Below are positions 50,583-63,191 of a stretch of 64,000 nt of DNA, one piece after another. The position numbers and the translations under genes were made by a program. Below the pieces are notes generated by a model. That model made no database searches. It worked only from the letters and a program-made list of their open reading frames with translations, and was not told the DNA's origin. The number at the start of each line of letters is the position of its first letter. The first letter of the stretch is position 1. This DNA comes from Octopus vulgaris (lineage: Eukaryota), in assembly GCA_951406725.2 (NCBI GenBank), contig OX597814.1, positions 48,236,001 through 48,300,000 on the forward strand, read 5' to 3'.

Positions 50583-50971
50583 TCAACCTACACCCACACA
50601 CACATTGAGTAAAATTTGGGCAAAAACCTTGTGATATGCAATAGTTAACATCATGTTTTTTTTAATGTCTGTTTCTTTCTTTCTTTTTTTTAATTTTGAT
50701 TATACTTGTTATTTGTCTGTTACTATTTAGGTTTAGTCTTGTCTGTAGATTGCTGAAAATAGTAGACTGCTTTGGATATTTATGCTTGTACAGAGTGAAA
50801 TTACAGTATGATCTAAAGAACTTCTCCAAAATTATCATCTGATTGGTGATATTGATTATGCAATATGTTAATTAAATCATTTCACCAATGCACTACAACT
50901 ATAACGATGTGTGGAAACAATTATACTAATTTAAAATGAAGAATATCGTTCAGTCCATCCTCTCTTATTCA

Positions 50972-51040
<69 letters not shown>

Positions 51041-52202
51041 GTCTGTCTGTCTATCTGTCTATCTATCTATCTATCTACCTACCTACATACATACATACAT
51101 ACATACTTACATACCTACATATATATATGTATGTGTGTATATATATACACACACACATATGCGCGCGTGTGTGTGTGCGTGTGTGCGTAGAACGCTGCTG
51201 CCTATAATAATTTGTCTCTGAGATCTTGCCTAAGATTTTCTGTTAAAAACACACCACTCATTGCGAATGACGTCTTGGGATCTTCAGACACTGGTGTTTC
51301 GGCCTGATTTTGTCTCCTCAATGACGAACACCCAAAAGCATTCTGAATTGATTGAGCTTCATTCTGAACGAACCCTGTGTTTTTAATACAGAAAGGCTCT
51401 TAAGAGAAGTTTCTCAGAGAGAAAATATTGCAGCTAGCTCCATTCTAATTCATGATATGCGTATTTTCGCAGATAATTTCTCTAAAGCGAGACATTATTT
51501 TCTCATGAAATTTCTGTCTTTAATATAGCTAAGAGTATTGTCATTGAAAGCTATTGTTGTTGTGGTTGAACTGAACGTCAACTCTGATTGGGTAGACCTA
51601 TAATAAGAGGCATTCAAGTCGTGACCAATCTGTCATTTTTTCAGGTAGAGTGCATCTAAATCAATGTGATTTCATGTATTCGTCTTCTTTAGGATGGCGT
51701 TTGGTGGTAATTTGGCTGTTATTTTTAGCATGTCGACCGCTTTCGTTGAGACTTTCTTGTTGGCTCGTTATGTTTACTAGAAGAAAAGAAGTAACAGAAT
51801 TATCAGTTCTATAGAGTTTTTAAAGATTCTGTTATCAATTTTATTTCACGAGAATTGATGGAAAAAACGTTTGATAACAATATTTAGTTGCTTATACGTG
51901 GAACGCATATGAGATCTATATTTGGTTGAATTGGTGACAGTGAAAATGTACAAAGTTTTTAGAGAGAGAGAGAGAAAAAAAAAACACTTGTCAGGAATCT
52001 AACAGAAAAATGGGCTTAAGAATTTTCATCTGTGCAGTCAGTATAATTAGAACAATACAAAGGTATTTGGGCTATATAAGAAATTGGCCATTTCAACCAG
52101 GTTTTGCTTTATCCATTTTTCGTTTTGATTTGATATCGGTGTAAGTTGGGGATAAAACCTTTCGCAAGAAAGCAGTAGTTTTGCTTTGACTTATTAGATA
52201 TG

Positions 52203-52434
52203 TATTTCTTTACTACCCACAAGGGGCTAAACATAGAGGGGACAAACAAGGACAGACAAAGGGATTAAGTCGATTACATCGACCCCAGTGGGTAACTGGT
52301 ACTTAATTTATCGACCCCGAAAGGATGAAAGGCAAAGTCGACCTCAGCTGAATTTGAACTCACAACGTAACGACAGACGAAATACCGCTAAGCATTTCGC
52401 CCGGCGCGCTAACGTTTCTGCCAGCTCGCCGCCT
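52203..52434 (-). mobile_element. Full-length SINE family A with 12-bp TSD
   Basis: ttattagatatg at 52191-52202 and 52435-52446. The body is the reverse complement of 58055-58288. Confidence 0.9.
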
Positions 52435-52468
52435 TTATTAGATATGGTTGCACCTCAGATGTGATGTA

Positions 52469-53418
52469 TTGGGTTTTCTGATAAATTCTTTCGTTTTTTT
52501 CTACTTACTTTAATCTTTATTTTTTTTATCAACAATTTCAGCAAATCAACTAGTAATATATTCTCCTTCATTGTTTACGACTTTTTGATAACGTTCCACT
52601 AGCTTGTCAGTGACGATAGAAATTATGGGATCTGGACTCGAAGATTTCATCGAACCACGCTTTTAGCTTCACGTCGTTGTTGAACAAAACATCTCGCAGA
52701 CTATTTGGGAGAGCGACGGAAAAAGAAAATAATTTGAAGGTGCTATACCAGGAGACAACGTGGCTTGCAGTAGAACTTTCCAGCCGAGCTCTTGAATAGT
52801 ATTTTTGGTCGAATTAACGACGTAGAGGCGAGCGATGTCGTGTTGAAGAAACACGCCATGTCGCCGGTCGAGTCGTTTCAGCTGGATCGAGCGAGCAAAC
52901 TGGAGGCGATGAAGGAACACTAGAGTTTGTCGCTTTTCGTTCAGAGTGTGTGACCCCCATGCACCGAGTTTTGGACCTTATCCATCGAATGAAGGTCACC
53001 TATCCGATGGGCCAATTTCCTTATCGATTGGTGCAGATCTTCGTGGTTGAGCTTGTTCAATCAATTCTCATCGAACTGAATAAATCGGCTGGAACGCGGG
53101 GAGTCTGCAAGGTTGAATTTTACCTCTTTGAAGCGTGAAAACCATTTCAGTAATTGCGCCTTCTCCGTACACAGCATGTCCCGAGCGACTTCGGCAGCTT
53201 TGAAACCTTGATTGAAACCAAAGAGAAGCAGGTATCGAAAATTCTCATTTTGTTCTACTTGACACTTAATTGTTTTGTGTCTGAAAAGAGGTAAAACCAA
53301 AATGTTGTAGAGGAAAAATAGCGCTAAAATAAAACCATCAATCACTGCATTAAAACATTTTCCGCATTAATGGAAATAACATGGAAAAGAAACAAATGAA
53401 TTTATTTAACAGTCTAAC
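52469..53418 (-). mobile_element. Decayed mariner transposon
   Basis: FRYLLLFGFNQGFKAAEVARD and LQHDIARLYV...LGWKVLLQATLSPGIAPSNYFLFPSL (HDNARPH- and YSPDLAPSDY-like). Diverged TIR-like ends. Confidence 0.8.
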
Positions 53419-55930
53419 ATTTACTATGAACATAATTTCCTTTTGGTGATGGTTAGTACTGTATTGTTGGGACTTAATTTAAAATCTGGCCTCCACGAGA
53501 TTGAAAAGGAGAATGCACTAGTGAGTATTCCCATTGTCTTCGCTAGCCTTGCAGAAATATTTGGTGTCAGTTTTGAAAGTGAGGAAATACTTGATGCATT
53601 AAGGAATGGTATGTCCAAAGCCTGTGTGTCTTTGCGGCGTGTGTGGGTAGATAGGTGTCAGGTGCTGGAGTGTACTAAAGACTCTTTATGCAATTAATTT
53701 AGAGCAAAGTGAAATCCATCCTTCTCGAAGCTATACTCAGCGGAGATCATGAACTGAATACAGTTAGCTAACAAAATTCTCGCTGATCTAACCTTACTGC
53801 GGCTGCTTACAATGTTAAACTACATAACCTTACAGCATTAATTTAGGGCGAGCTGAACCTGATATTTAAGTTAAAAGTAGTTTAGTTCAGTTAGGGAAAA
53901 TATATTTTATACATTAAACACTATTTAGAAATAATTATGCTGAGAGGGAAAACAATATTAGTGAATGGCGCAAATACCGGAGACAACCCCAGTATATTTA
54001 AGCTTTATTATGACCTCATCAACGAAAAGTTGACTTCACCACACTAAAAGAAGTGATGGAAAAGTAAGTAAATGTAGAAGATTGTACACTAGTTGGATTA
54101 GAAAACTAGAATCGCTTAAATAAGTGGTTTGACCACGGACATAACAGTGAGCTTGTCAAAATATTGTCGGGAGACTTCTCACGTGGAATCTATGTTCTGA
54201 CAATTCAGCTGTCTACTATTTCTGGAAAAGTCTGAATATTAAATTTAATAAAGACATATAGATATTAAGACTTTTTCCTTGAATACCATTTAAAATTATC
54301 ACCCAATCCGGCAATAAAAGTTCTTTGCATGCTCACGTACGGATGCATATATACATACACACTTGTATATGCATACTTATGCAGGTAATTATACACCTAC
54401 GTATAATGTTAGCTTTTTTTCTTACTTAAAGCCATAAACTTAAATCTCGTTATTTTTTTCTATTGTTGTGAATCCGTGTTTGTCAACCTACCTGTTGATT
54501 ACATTTACAAACATATCACAGCTTATGCATTCAGCCAGTCCTTAAAAGATCAACCAACATACTTACCTTTCACTCGACAAACAGCCAATACAACAATTTC
54601 CAGCACATGCTGATGAAACATATATGCGCTGGGTCAACTAACTCTCTATTGCTTGGTGGTCACATTTGGTACATGCAAATGACGAAACATGTCACCTCCA
54701 TTCCAGGAATAAGTCTGACTATACATCACTCTTTCTTTAAGTATTGCTGCACTGTTGTTCTACCACTTGCTTTTGATTCAACTAACTCTTATCTTCACCA
54801 AAATCTTCACCTAATTTTCTTTCTTTTTCTTTTCTTTTCTTTTCTTTCTTTCTTTATTTTTTGAATGGCTGCGCTAAGAAAAATTCCAAGCAGACATGTA
54901 AGATTAATTTTTGTATGGCTCAATGTATGCGTTGGAACGAAAGATATGGGAGTGAAGAAGAAACGATTAATATAGATAAACGTTAAATGTGATAGTAAAC
55001 GCCTGTCAAAGTTAAAGAGATCGAGTGACTCATTCATGATCTTTCCTTTTTGCATTGGAATGATTCAATATAGTTTATATGATAAATCAACCACCATTAC
55101 AACGACCACGACCACGATCACGACCACGACCATGACCTGGAGAGCATATTATAGATTTTTATTGAAATCTAATTAGCCTATTATTGAACTGGATGTTGGT
55201 GTAACATAGATGCAAAGATGGTAACAAACATACAGACAGGCAGACAGACAGATAGAAATTGCCATTTATATATATATATATATATATAGAAAGAGATAGA
55301 TACAGTGTGTTTATTACGGTACGCAAAAATTAAAAATTAATACTGTAAATTGTTAATTCTATCTATGTGTGGGAAATAACACTTGATGTGGTGGCAGAGG
55401 TCGTGTTGACATTTTTCATTATGACTCTGTAGAGATGTGATATTCCACTGATCCCTGCTTCCTACTTGTAGAAGTTTAAGATATGGTGGAATGTGAAAAA
55501 AAAATATCTGTCAATACTTTTGAAAACTATCTCAATGTTATTGTATCCAATGCCTCGCTTTTCCATATAGCCCATACCTCGTATTTCGTAAAGAAAACTG
55601 TATATACATACACGGCATATTAATTTGTTTAAATAATTTGCTTTATTCTAATCATATCAGGAAATCAGCCTTCATACATTTGAAATATCCAAACAAAGTA
55701 TTCGATATTGCATTTTGCACTGTTATTCAATTTTGCAGAAAATATCTTATACTTTAAGATTGCGTACTGAGAGATCCACAATTTTGCTCATTTGAAACAT
55801 TCAGTATCATTAAAAGTAACGGATTATAAAAAGACAATCCAATAAGTTCGAATGATTTGATTTCTATTAAAATCTTTTGGCAACGTAGTTTAAAAAATTT
55901 CACATGTGTCCTACATTCGTATTTTGACAG

Positions 55931-56166
55931 ATCTCTGTAGAAAGGTCTCACTGCCGTGTCCTGCAGGTGAAAGATTCAGAGATGCAGTCACATGTCGGGA
56001 ATACTATGAATGTGGATATGACGGTCAGTTTTTAATCAAGCGACTTTGTCCCGGAAGAAAAGAGTTTGACTCTAAACGTGGTTTCTGTGTTGTCAGTTCA
56101 TCATTTAAATGTGAAACTCCAGTAAGATGTCCAAATCTGTCTTGGTCAAATAATCTAATCCAAGCG
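55931..56166 (+). CDS. Exon encoding a chitin-binding type-2 (peritrophin-A/CBM14) domain
   Basis: Acceptor ttttgacag and donor GCG|gtaagg. CPAGERFRDAVTCREYYECGYDGQFLIKRLCPGRKEFDSKRGFCVVSSSFKC has the 6-Cys pattern with YYxC and CPxGxxFD-like motifs. Phase 1 in, phase 0 out. Confidence 0.85.
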
Positions 56167-56787
56167 GTAAGGTATATATTTAAATATAAATTTACAATAT
56201 TAAAATGATTTTCATTGCTTAGTGGAAGACTATTTGAATGCTATACGGAAATATGAAGAAATTTGATAGAATATAATATTTCACATGATTTTCCTTGGCT
56301 GCTAGTTGAAAATATTTAAACAAAATATTAATTTCGTCTAACTCGGCACCAGACCGAATTTTAGCTATGTATTACTTATAGCGTGTGAAAGCGCATGGCT
56401 CGGTGGTTAGGGCGTCGGACTCACAATCATGAGATAGTGAGTTCGATTTACTGGCGTTCGGTTATCGCCAGACAAGTATTTCAACCTGGTTTGGTCTTCT
56501 CAGTAGCAAATACACCAGACGATTTGAGCTAAATCGAAAATGCATGTTCAAATATAGAAGTCGAAAGAAAAAAAATACTTTTTCATTTGTGCCAAAGTTG
56601 ACCAGGCTCGAATTAAAATAATATATGCATTTGATACAGCTTTAGATTAAAATTCCAGTGTGGATTGTCAAAGAAAGAAATATGAAATTTAGACTTAAGA
56701 TGTTGTTTTTGATTTTTTTAAACCGTATCTCTAGATCAGGAAATCTTAAATCCATTTATATACTTTTGATATCGTTGTAATTTCTAG

Positions 56788-56903
56788 GAGAATTCCTTCC
56801 CGACTGACTACGTAGTGGGTGGTGTACTTGGATCTCTTGCACTTGTTACCCTGTCAATTCTGATAGTTGCATGTTTAAAAAAATGGCAAATAAGAAAAAA
56901 AAG
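56788..56903 (+). CDS. Exon encoding the single transmembrane helix and basic stop-transfer segment
   Basis: Acceptor tttctag and donor AG|gtaaga. Encodes ENSFPTDYVVGGVLGSLALVTLSILIVACLKKWQIRKK. Phase 0 in, phase 2 out. Absent from the ORF track. Confidence 0.8.
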
Positions 56904-57177
56904 GTAAGAGTGGAATTTTAAAAATGTCTTGTTTCTAAAACTTTTTTCTGTGTATTTCCCCCTTTTAACACTCACTCCCTCGATTTTCGTCCACATATAA
57001 CAGAAAAGGAGTGTAGTATGTAGCAATTTATTACGAAACATTAACAGCATTGTATTAATTTGTCATTATGATAAAGAAACTTTCAACCTAAAAAAATAAT
57101 ATGATACACGGGTATCAATCTAAAACAACAAAAAAAAAACGGTATATGCAATTGAAAGAGCATTAAATTAAACTTGT

Positions 57178-57305
57178 CAACCACATGGTTCCGGGTTCAG
57201 TCCCACTGCGTGGCATCTTGGGCAAGTGTCTTCTGCTATAGCCCCGGGCCGACCAATGCCTTGTGAGTGGATTTGGTAGACGGAAACTGAAAGAAGCTTG
57301 TCGTA

Positions 57306-57365
<60 letters not shown>

Positions 57366-57583
57366 TATGTGTGTGTGTTTGTCCCCCCTAGCATCGCTTG
57401 ACAACCGATGCTGGTGTGTTTACGTCCCCGTCACTTAGCGGTTCGGCAAAAGAGACCGATAGAATAAGTACTGGGCTTACAAAGAATAAGTCCCGGGGTC
57501 GATTTGTTCGACTAATGGCGGTGCTCCAGCATGGCCGCAGTCAAATGACTGAAACAAGTAAAAGAGTAAAAGAGTAAAGAGAG
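57178..57583 (+). mobile_element. SINE family B (intronic)
   Basis: Near-identical to 34262-34704. Confidence 0.88.
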
Positions 57584-58054
57584 TGTCATGCTCAATGCAT
57601 ACAAATCGTTAGATGGCATGAGACTGGAGAGTGTTTTATTCACTGCTTCTCGTATAACGAAGCACGAATTCGGTTTAAGCAGGTAACAGTTAAGTGCACG
57701 ACATTGGCTAGCCTCAGCAAAGGCGAAACGCATCTGTTTTTCTCGAAAATCACTGTAGCGATGTCCTTCGTCTCGCTGCGATGTATATTGTTTTTTAATA
57801 CAAGTCTGTGGAGATTTTATTTCAGACAACTCTACAGCATTATACCGTGTAACGGCGTGTGTACATTTTGTATGATGCACAGAAGGTGATGCTAATTTAA
57901 TGCATGTATATATATAAGAATGTGTGTGTGTGTACATACATCCCCCCATACACCCACACAATGTGCGTTTGTGTTCGTGTCTCTTCATGCAAAAGGAAAA
58001 AGAAAACTGATGAAAAGATCATGCATGTGCACAGAAGAATATATCATGTGATCT

Positions 58055-58288
58055 TGAAGGCGGTGATCTGGCAGAAACGTTAGCACGCCGGGCGAAATGC
58101 GTAGCCGTATTTCGTCCGCCGTTACGTTCTGAGTTCAAATTCCGCCGAGGTCGACTTTGCCTTTCATCCTCTCGGGGTCGATAAATAAAGTACCAGTTAC
58201 GCACTGGGGTCGATGTAATCGACTTAATCCCTTTGTCTGTCCTTGTTTGTCCCCTCTATGTTTATCCCTTTGTGGGCAGTAAAGAAAT
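58055..58288 (+). mobile_element. Full-length SINE family A with 16-bp TSD (intronic)
   Basis: atatatcatgtgatct at 58039-58054 and 58289-58304. A-box-like tggcagaaacgtt and B-box-like gagttcaaattc. Confidence 0.9.
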
Positions 58289-58999
58289 ATATATCATGTG
58301 ATCTGCATACGACAATTAATTAGATGAATGTGTGACGTATTTTCTAACTGGTTTTGATAAACAATGAGATCGTATTTCGATAGCTGTATGAATAGTTTTG
58401 CTCATAGATATTGTCCTTCTTTATTTCAATTGCTTCATAATGGGCAACGAGAAACTGAGACTAATAATTCCAGAAGATCCAGCAGAAAAATATGTGGAAG
58501 TCAATCAAGTGATAGAGCGGAAGTGGTTAAGAAAAAGGCATTTCAAGTTACTAATCCTTGAAAATTCGTTCTTTATGCGTTTGATTGAACCCTTTTGGTA
58601 AGAGTGAGTGTATACATGAATGAACGTTAGGATATGTATGTGTGCACTTCGTGTTGGTAGCAATATACAGTGTTACAGATAGATAGTGTGATGGCGGGTG
58701 CAACAACTGGTATGTCACTTCACTTGTCGACCGCACAAGTGGGCGGTAGTTTGGAAGTTATTGTTCCATGGTAGCCCATTACCTGTTGGCACAGATCTTC
58801 GATCGATAGCAGAACTTGATTGATACGGATAAAACGCAAAGTTAACCTCAATGTGATTTGAATTCGTTATATAATGAACTAGAAAAAAAAAAAGACATCG
58901 CAAGATGCTTTAACGGTTCTGCTAACACACCACTCCTAAAAAAAAATTTAATAATAGAAATTTATACAAAATATTTAACTCGTTAATAATTTATTTCAG

Positions 59000-59120
59000 T
59001 CGTCGACGAATTCAACTGCGGAAAAATCTTCGTAGCAGGCGTATGGTACCAGTTTTTGATAGTTCCGATTATTTCCACGACAAGATGGCTCAAATGTACG
59101 AAAGAATCAGTAGTAGCCAC
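59000..59120 (+). CDS. Cytoplasmic-tail exon of the chitin-binding membrane protein
   Basis: Acceptor ttatttcag and donor CAC|gtaagt. Phase 2 in, phase 0 out, giving RRRIQLRKNLRSRRMVPVFDSSDYFHDKMAQMYERISSSH; the phases match both neighbouring exons. Confidence 0.75.
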
Positions 59121-60084
59121 GTAAGTTTCGAGTGACCAATTGATTTATTTTAACAAAGTTTTATAGTTATTACAAAATGTAATGCAGGGATCATAATGAT
59201 AACCAACGTCATAAAGTAGATAACACTAGATGATAACATCATTACACATAAAAAGGCCTCAAAATTACCACAAAAGCTCAACTTTGCAATCTCTAGTGAT
59301 CTCTTATGGCGAATTTTCTGTATAACTACGTCCCACGTTTCATTTTCAGAGCCTGAGAATACCAGCAGTTTACAAAGATCCATGGCGTGGCTGTTGCTAC
59401 ATATATACAAGCGTGGATGTATATAAATGAAGGCACTTGAGGTTCTTAGCAAAGATTTGCTCACCAACGTGTCTCACTGATACGCTGTTTCATTTCTTTC
59501 TCTTCTTGAATGATTTCTGTGCTTTTGAACAATCCAGATACATACCTCTTTCTCCGACAGGCTCGTTTGTCATACCCATCCCTCTTCTAAGTCTTCATCA
59601 TATGCCTAGCTCCCAGATTTCTCACCAAAACCTTATATGTATATATGTAACACAAATTATCCTCATGCGCACGTAAAATAGCGAGAATCAAAAATATGAT
59701 GTACATTTTCATCCCTAACACTGCCCAACAGATTTGAACGCGAATTTATTAAACACCTTTGTATTTCAACTCCAGAGAACACTTTTGAAAGAAGTTTTTT
59801 GAAGGCGAAATACGAGAGCATTTACGTAATATATTCCCTTTGAAATCTGCTGGAACATTTTGAGAATGTATATTAACATAACATGCGAATATATATACAT
59901 ATATATTGGATTGGATTGGATTACTTATGTTCAGTCCATTGTAGGCTTGAGGCCTCGATGTGTTCTCACCACCCAACGACGGCCGTAAATTTGAGCTTAA
60001 GATCATATTGATGGGCCTACTCCTGTCACACTGGTTTGACATGGCTTGACAGAGGAATGCAGTTTTTATACTCATATCCAGGAG

Positions 60085-60252
60085 TAGTTAAGTCGATTAC
60101 ATCGACCCTAGTGTTCAACTGATTCTTATTTTAGCGACCCCGAAAGGAGGAAAGGCAAAGACAGCCTCCGCAGAATTTGAACTCAGACTATAAGGACGGA
60201 CGAAATACTGCTTAGCATTTCGCCCGGCATGCTAACGATTCTGGCAGCTTGC
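60085..60252 (-). mobile_element. SINE family A (intronic, diverged)
   Basis: gtcgattacatcgaccc...cccgaaaggaggaaaggcaaag...gctaacgattctggcagcttgcc. Confidence 0.8.
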
Positions 60253-60493
60253 CTATATATATATATATATGTGTGTGTGAGTGTGTATACACATACATAC
60301 ATACATGCATACATACGTAAATACATATATATATACATGCATACATACATACATACATGCATACATACATACATACATACATACATACATACATACATAC
60401 ATACATACATACATACATACACACATACATATCCTATACTTCTTTGTTTCTTGTTAATAATATTTAAATATGGGTGATCTTTTCTTTCTGCAG

Positions 60494-60844
60494 AATATTT
60501 CACGTCCATATTATCCACCAATGTTCAGACCGATGGCGATGCGACCGCAATACGTCCAACCGTATAGATACCCACATCCTTTTGGAAATTTCGATAGTTT
60601 CGGTTCCAGCGATCCTGCTCTGTACATACCAAATGTTCATAGCGAACAGAGTGATGAACCGTCAATTATTACTGGGAGTTTTATCTACCATAGCCCGAAC
60701 AATCTACCACCGCATTTTATCTCTAACCCTAATTACAATGATCCGGATTTATCTTATGACAGTTTCAAGAACGATCACTTTTTCGCAAGCAGCTCTCTTG
60801 GAGTCATGAATAATACACTGACAACTCGCCAGCTGCATCTCTGA
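60494..60844 (+). CDS. Terminal coding exon with Pro/Tyr-rich cytoplasmic tail
   Basis: Strong acceptor ctttttctttctgcag, phase 0, reading NISRPYYPPMFRPMAMRPQYVQPYRYPHPF...QLHL*. Confidence 0.75.
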   Translation, partial: NISRPYYPPMFRPMAMRPQYVQPYRYPHPFGNFDSFGSSDPALYIPNVHSEQSDEPSIITGSFIYHSPNNLPPHFISNPNYNDPDLSYDSFKNDHFFASSSLGVMNNTLTTRQLHL

Positions 60845-62221
60845 TTTCTTTTGTTGTTGTTGATGTTTTTTTTTTATTAATGAAAATATTATTTTTGTAT
60901 AAAATGCATTCTTTATGTTCACACACAATACATCTGCACTCAGAACATTGCAATCTGCACTTTGTTCCAATTCTTTAAACATATTCGGTCTGCATGCGAT
61001 GTGAGTTACTAAACAGAACACAGAACACTGAGCTACTGTTTTCTCTTTAGAAATTAAGCGGTGTAAGAAAAGAAGCCTCACTGTCCAGACAATAAGCCTA
61101 TATTTTTCATTAACAGCATATTAGCTTTGGAGAATTTTTGATTCTTGAGATTATCTCCCTTGCGCAAATGGAAGTTTGTCTTAATTGCCATTTTGGTAAT
61201 TATGATACATCCTACAGAGATAGAGATAATTTGAATAAATCAAGGATTTATATTGTATGGTATTTATATACCAATATTTATCTATGTTGTTCGAGTACAT
61301 GCACTGGCCGCTCGAGTTATTTCTCTGAGCTCATTTTTGTTTAAATTATGCAAATATATTTTCACATTGAATAAATCTAATGCGTTTATATGTACAATTC
61401 CGCACTCTGTCTTTCTTTAATTCAATGTAACGTTGGTTACTATAGGGTAGATTTTTAAATACATTGCCTAAGCAATCTGCCAAAATCGAAAGCTCAAAAT
61501 ATGTTAATATATTTCAAAGAAAAGCTTTGAAAATTTAAATTTGCTGATATACACTTACTCTAAAGTTAAATTATTCAATCGCCAATGAAATATATATATT
61601 ACACAACTACAAGAAAGCCAATCCAACAATTAATACGATTGTTAGAAGTTATAGCGTATTACTAGTTATTAAGCTTGCGCTAGCGCAAAACTACCCAATA
61701 ATAACAATTACGGTGCATATGTATGACCCCCTCGATTTCAGTTTAGTATGTATGTATGTATGTATGTATGTATGTATGTCATTATTCAGTTTAATTTCAA
61801 GATTTCTTGCCAATAGAGAAAGAGCCGGTTTCTAACCTAGATCCAAGGCTATTTCATTGGAATTTCAACATCAACAGGTTATGTATGTATGTATGTATGT
61901 ATGTATGTATGTATGTATGTATGTATGTATGTATGTATGTATGTATGCATGTATGCATGCATTTATGTATGTATGAGTGCATATTTGTATGTTTTGTTTT
62001 ACGTGTGTATTCTCATGCGTATAGTTCCATACTTTTATGTTCCACAGTTTTTTTTATGTTTTTATGCTTTTTATGTTCTATACTTTTATAGTTCCATAGT
62101 TTTATATATGTATTCTCAAGCGTATAGTTCAATACTCGAACACAAGTTTGCAACTATCATGTATGTATGTATGTATGTATGTATGTATGTATGTATGTAT
62201 GTATGTATGTATGTATGTATG

Positions 62222-62830
62222 CAGATGATCTGGGGTATTTATAGTGGAGACTTGGTGGAAGGACTGCATAGAGGCAAAATGGTAAATATTGGAAAGCCGA
62301 AGGTGATGACAAGTGGTAAAGTATATGGTAAGGCGAAAAGAACAGAGTTGTCACGTGTCACGTGCAGCGAAGGTGTTGGAGTGAACTCTATTAAATCTCT
62401 CTATATATAAAGCTGAAGTTGTCTGTATATGGCAGGTTTGGTAACCTTCAACTAACACTATCTCCTCCGTAACCCTGCCGTGCAAGTTGACCAAAATTGA
62501 GAGTATGATAGAAGAAGGCTTGCTCTTCCTTCCGTAAAAGAAAAAATTGAAATCGGACCATGTTAACACCAAAAATTGTTTACATCAAAGAGGTGCTTTT
62601 TTCTATGAAAATCCCTATTTTTTACGATTTTTTTACTTCTGTGTCGCCATTTTTCGGTGTATTTCAACCAGAAAAATGTTCACTTAAAGAGAATAACAAG
62701 CTACATAATGCAAAATTTTTACTTTTCAAAAATTTCAATTTTAAAGGGTCGAAACAAACCCGAGCAACGCCGGGCGATACTGCTAGTATACAATATATGT
62801 TGGTAGGTTTGTCAAAATTGTAGTATTGTG
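62222..62830 (+). mobile_element. Short RTE-like LINE relic, split by a Helitron
   Basis: GLHRGKMVNIGKPKVM...CSEGVGVNSIK resembles the RT end and Cys-rich insert seen in some RTE elements. Decayed. Confidence 0.45.
62396..62786 (+). mobile_element. Non-autonomous Helitron (391 bp)
   Basis: A|TCTCTCTATATATAAA ... hairpin cccgagcaacgccggg, then cgatactg, CTAG|T. No TSD. Confidence 0.85.
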
Positions 62831-63191
62831 AAAGGGTTACATATTAATGTAGCAGCTATAAAGCTATCTGCGTCTCCTTTCGTACACACTTCATACTGAT
62901 ATATAAACTGTGTACGAAAGGAGACGTAGATGGCGGGAATGTTGAGCCGTATCTTGGAAATGAAGATGGAAGGTGTAAAACCGCTGTAGTATTTTCGTTA
63001 GGATGTCACTGTACTTTTCAGCTATATTGGCACCGTTGTCCTTCGCTTACATCTGACAGTCACTCAGAGGAATTGTATACTCTTCCACGGTGTTCATGAT
63101 TAACTGAACAATTTTTTCCTGTTTTACGACAGCCTTTGAACTTTCGAAGTCTTTCTTGTACCTCATATCTTCCGTCCTTTAAATTAACATA

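Noticed and set aside
54330-54390. Candidate first exon (ATG...CAG|gtaatt) for the chitin-binding gene
   Set aside because: No signal-peptide-like sequence in the frame giving the required phase 1, and the sequence is microsatellite-like.
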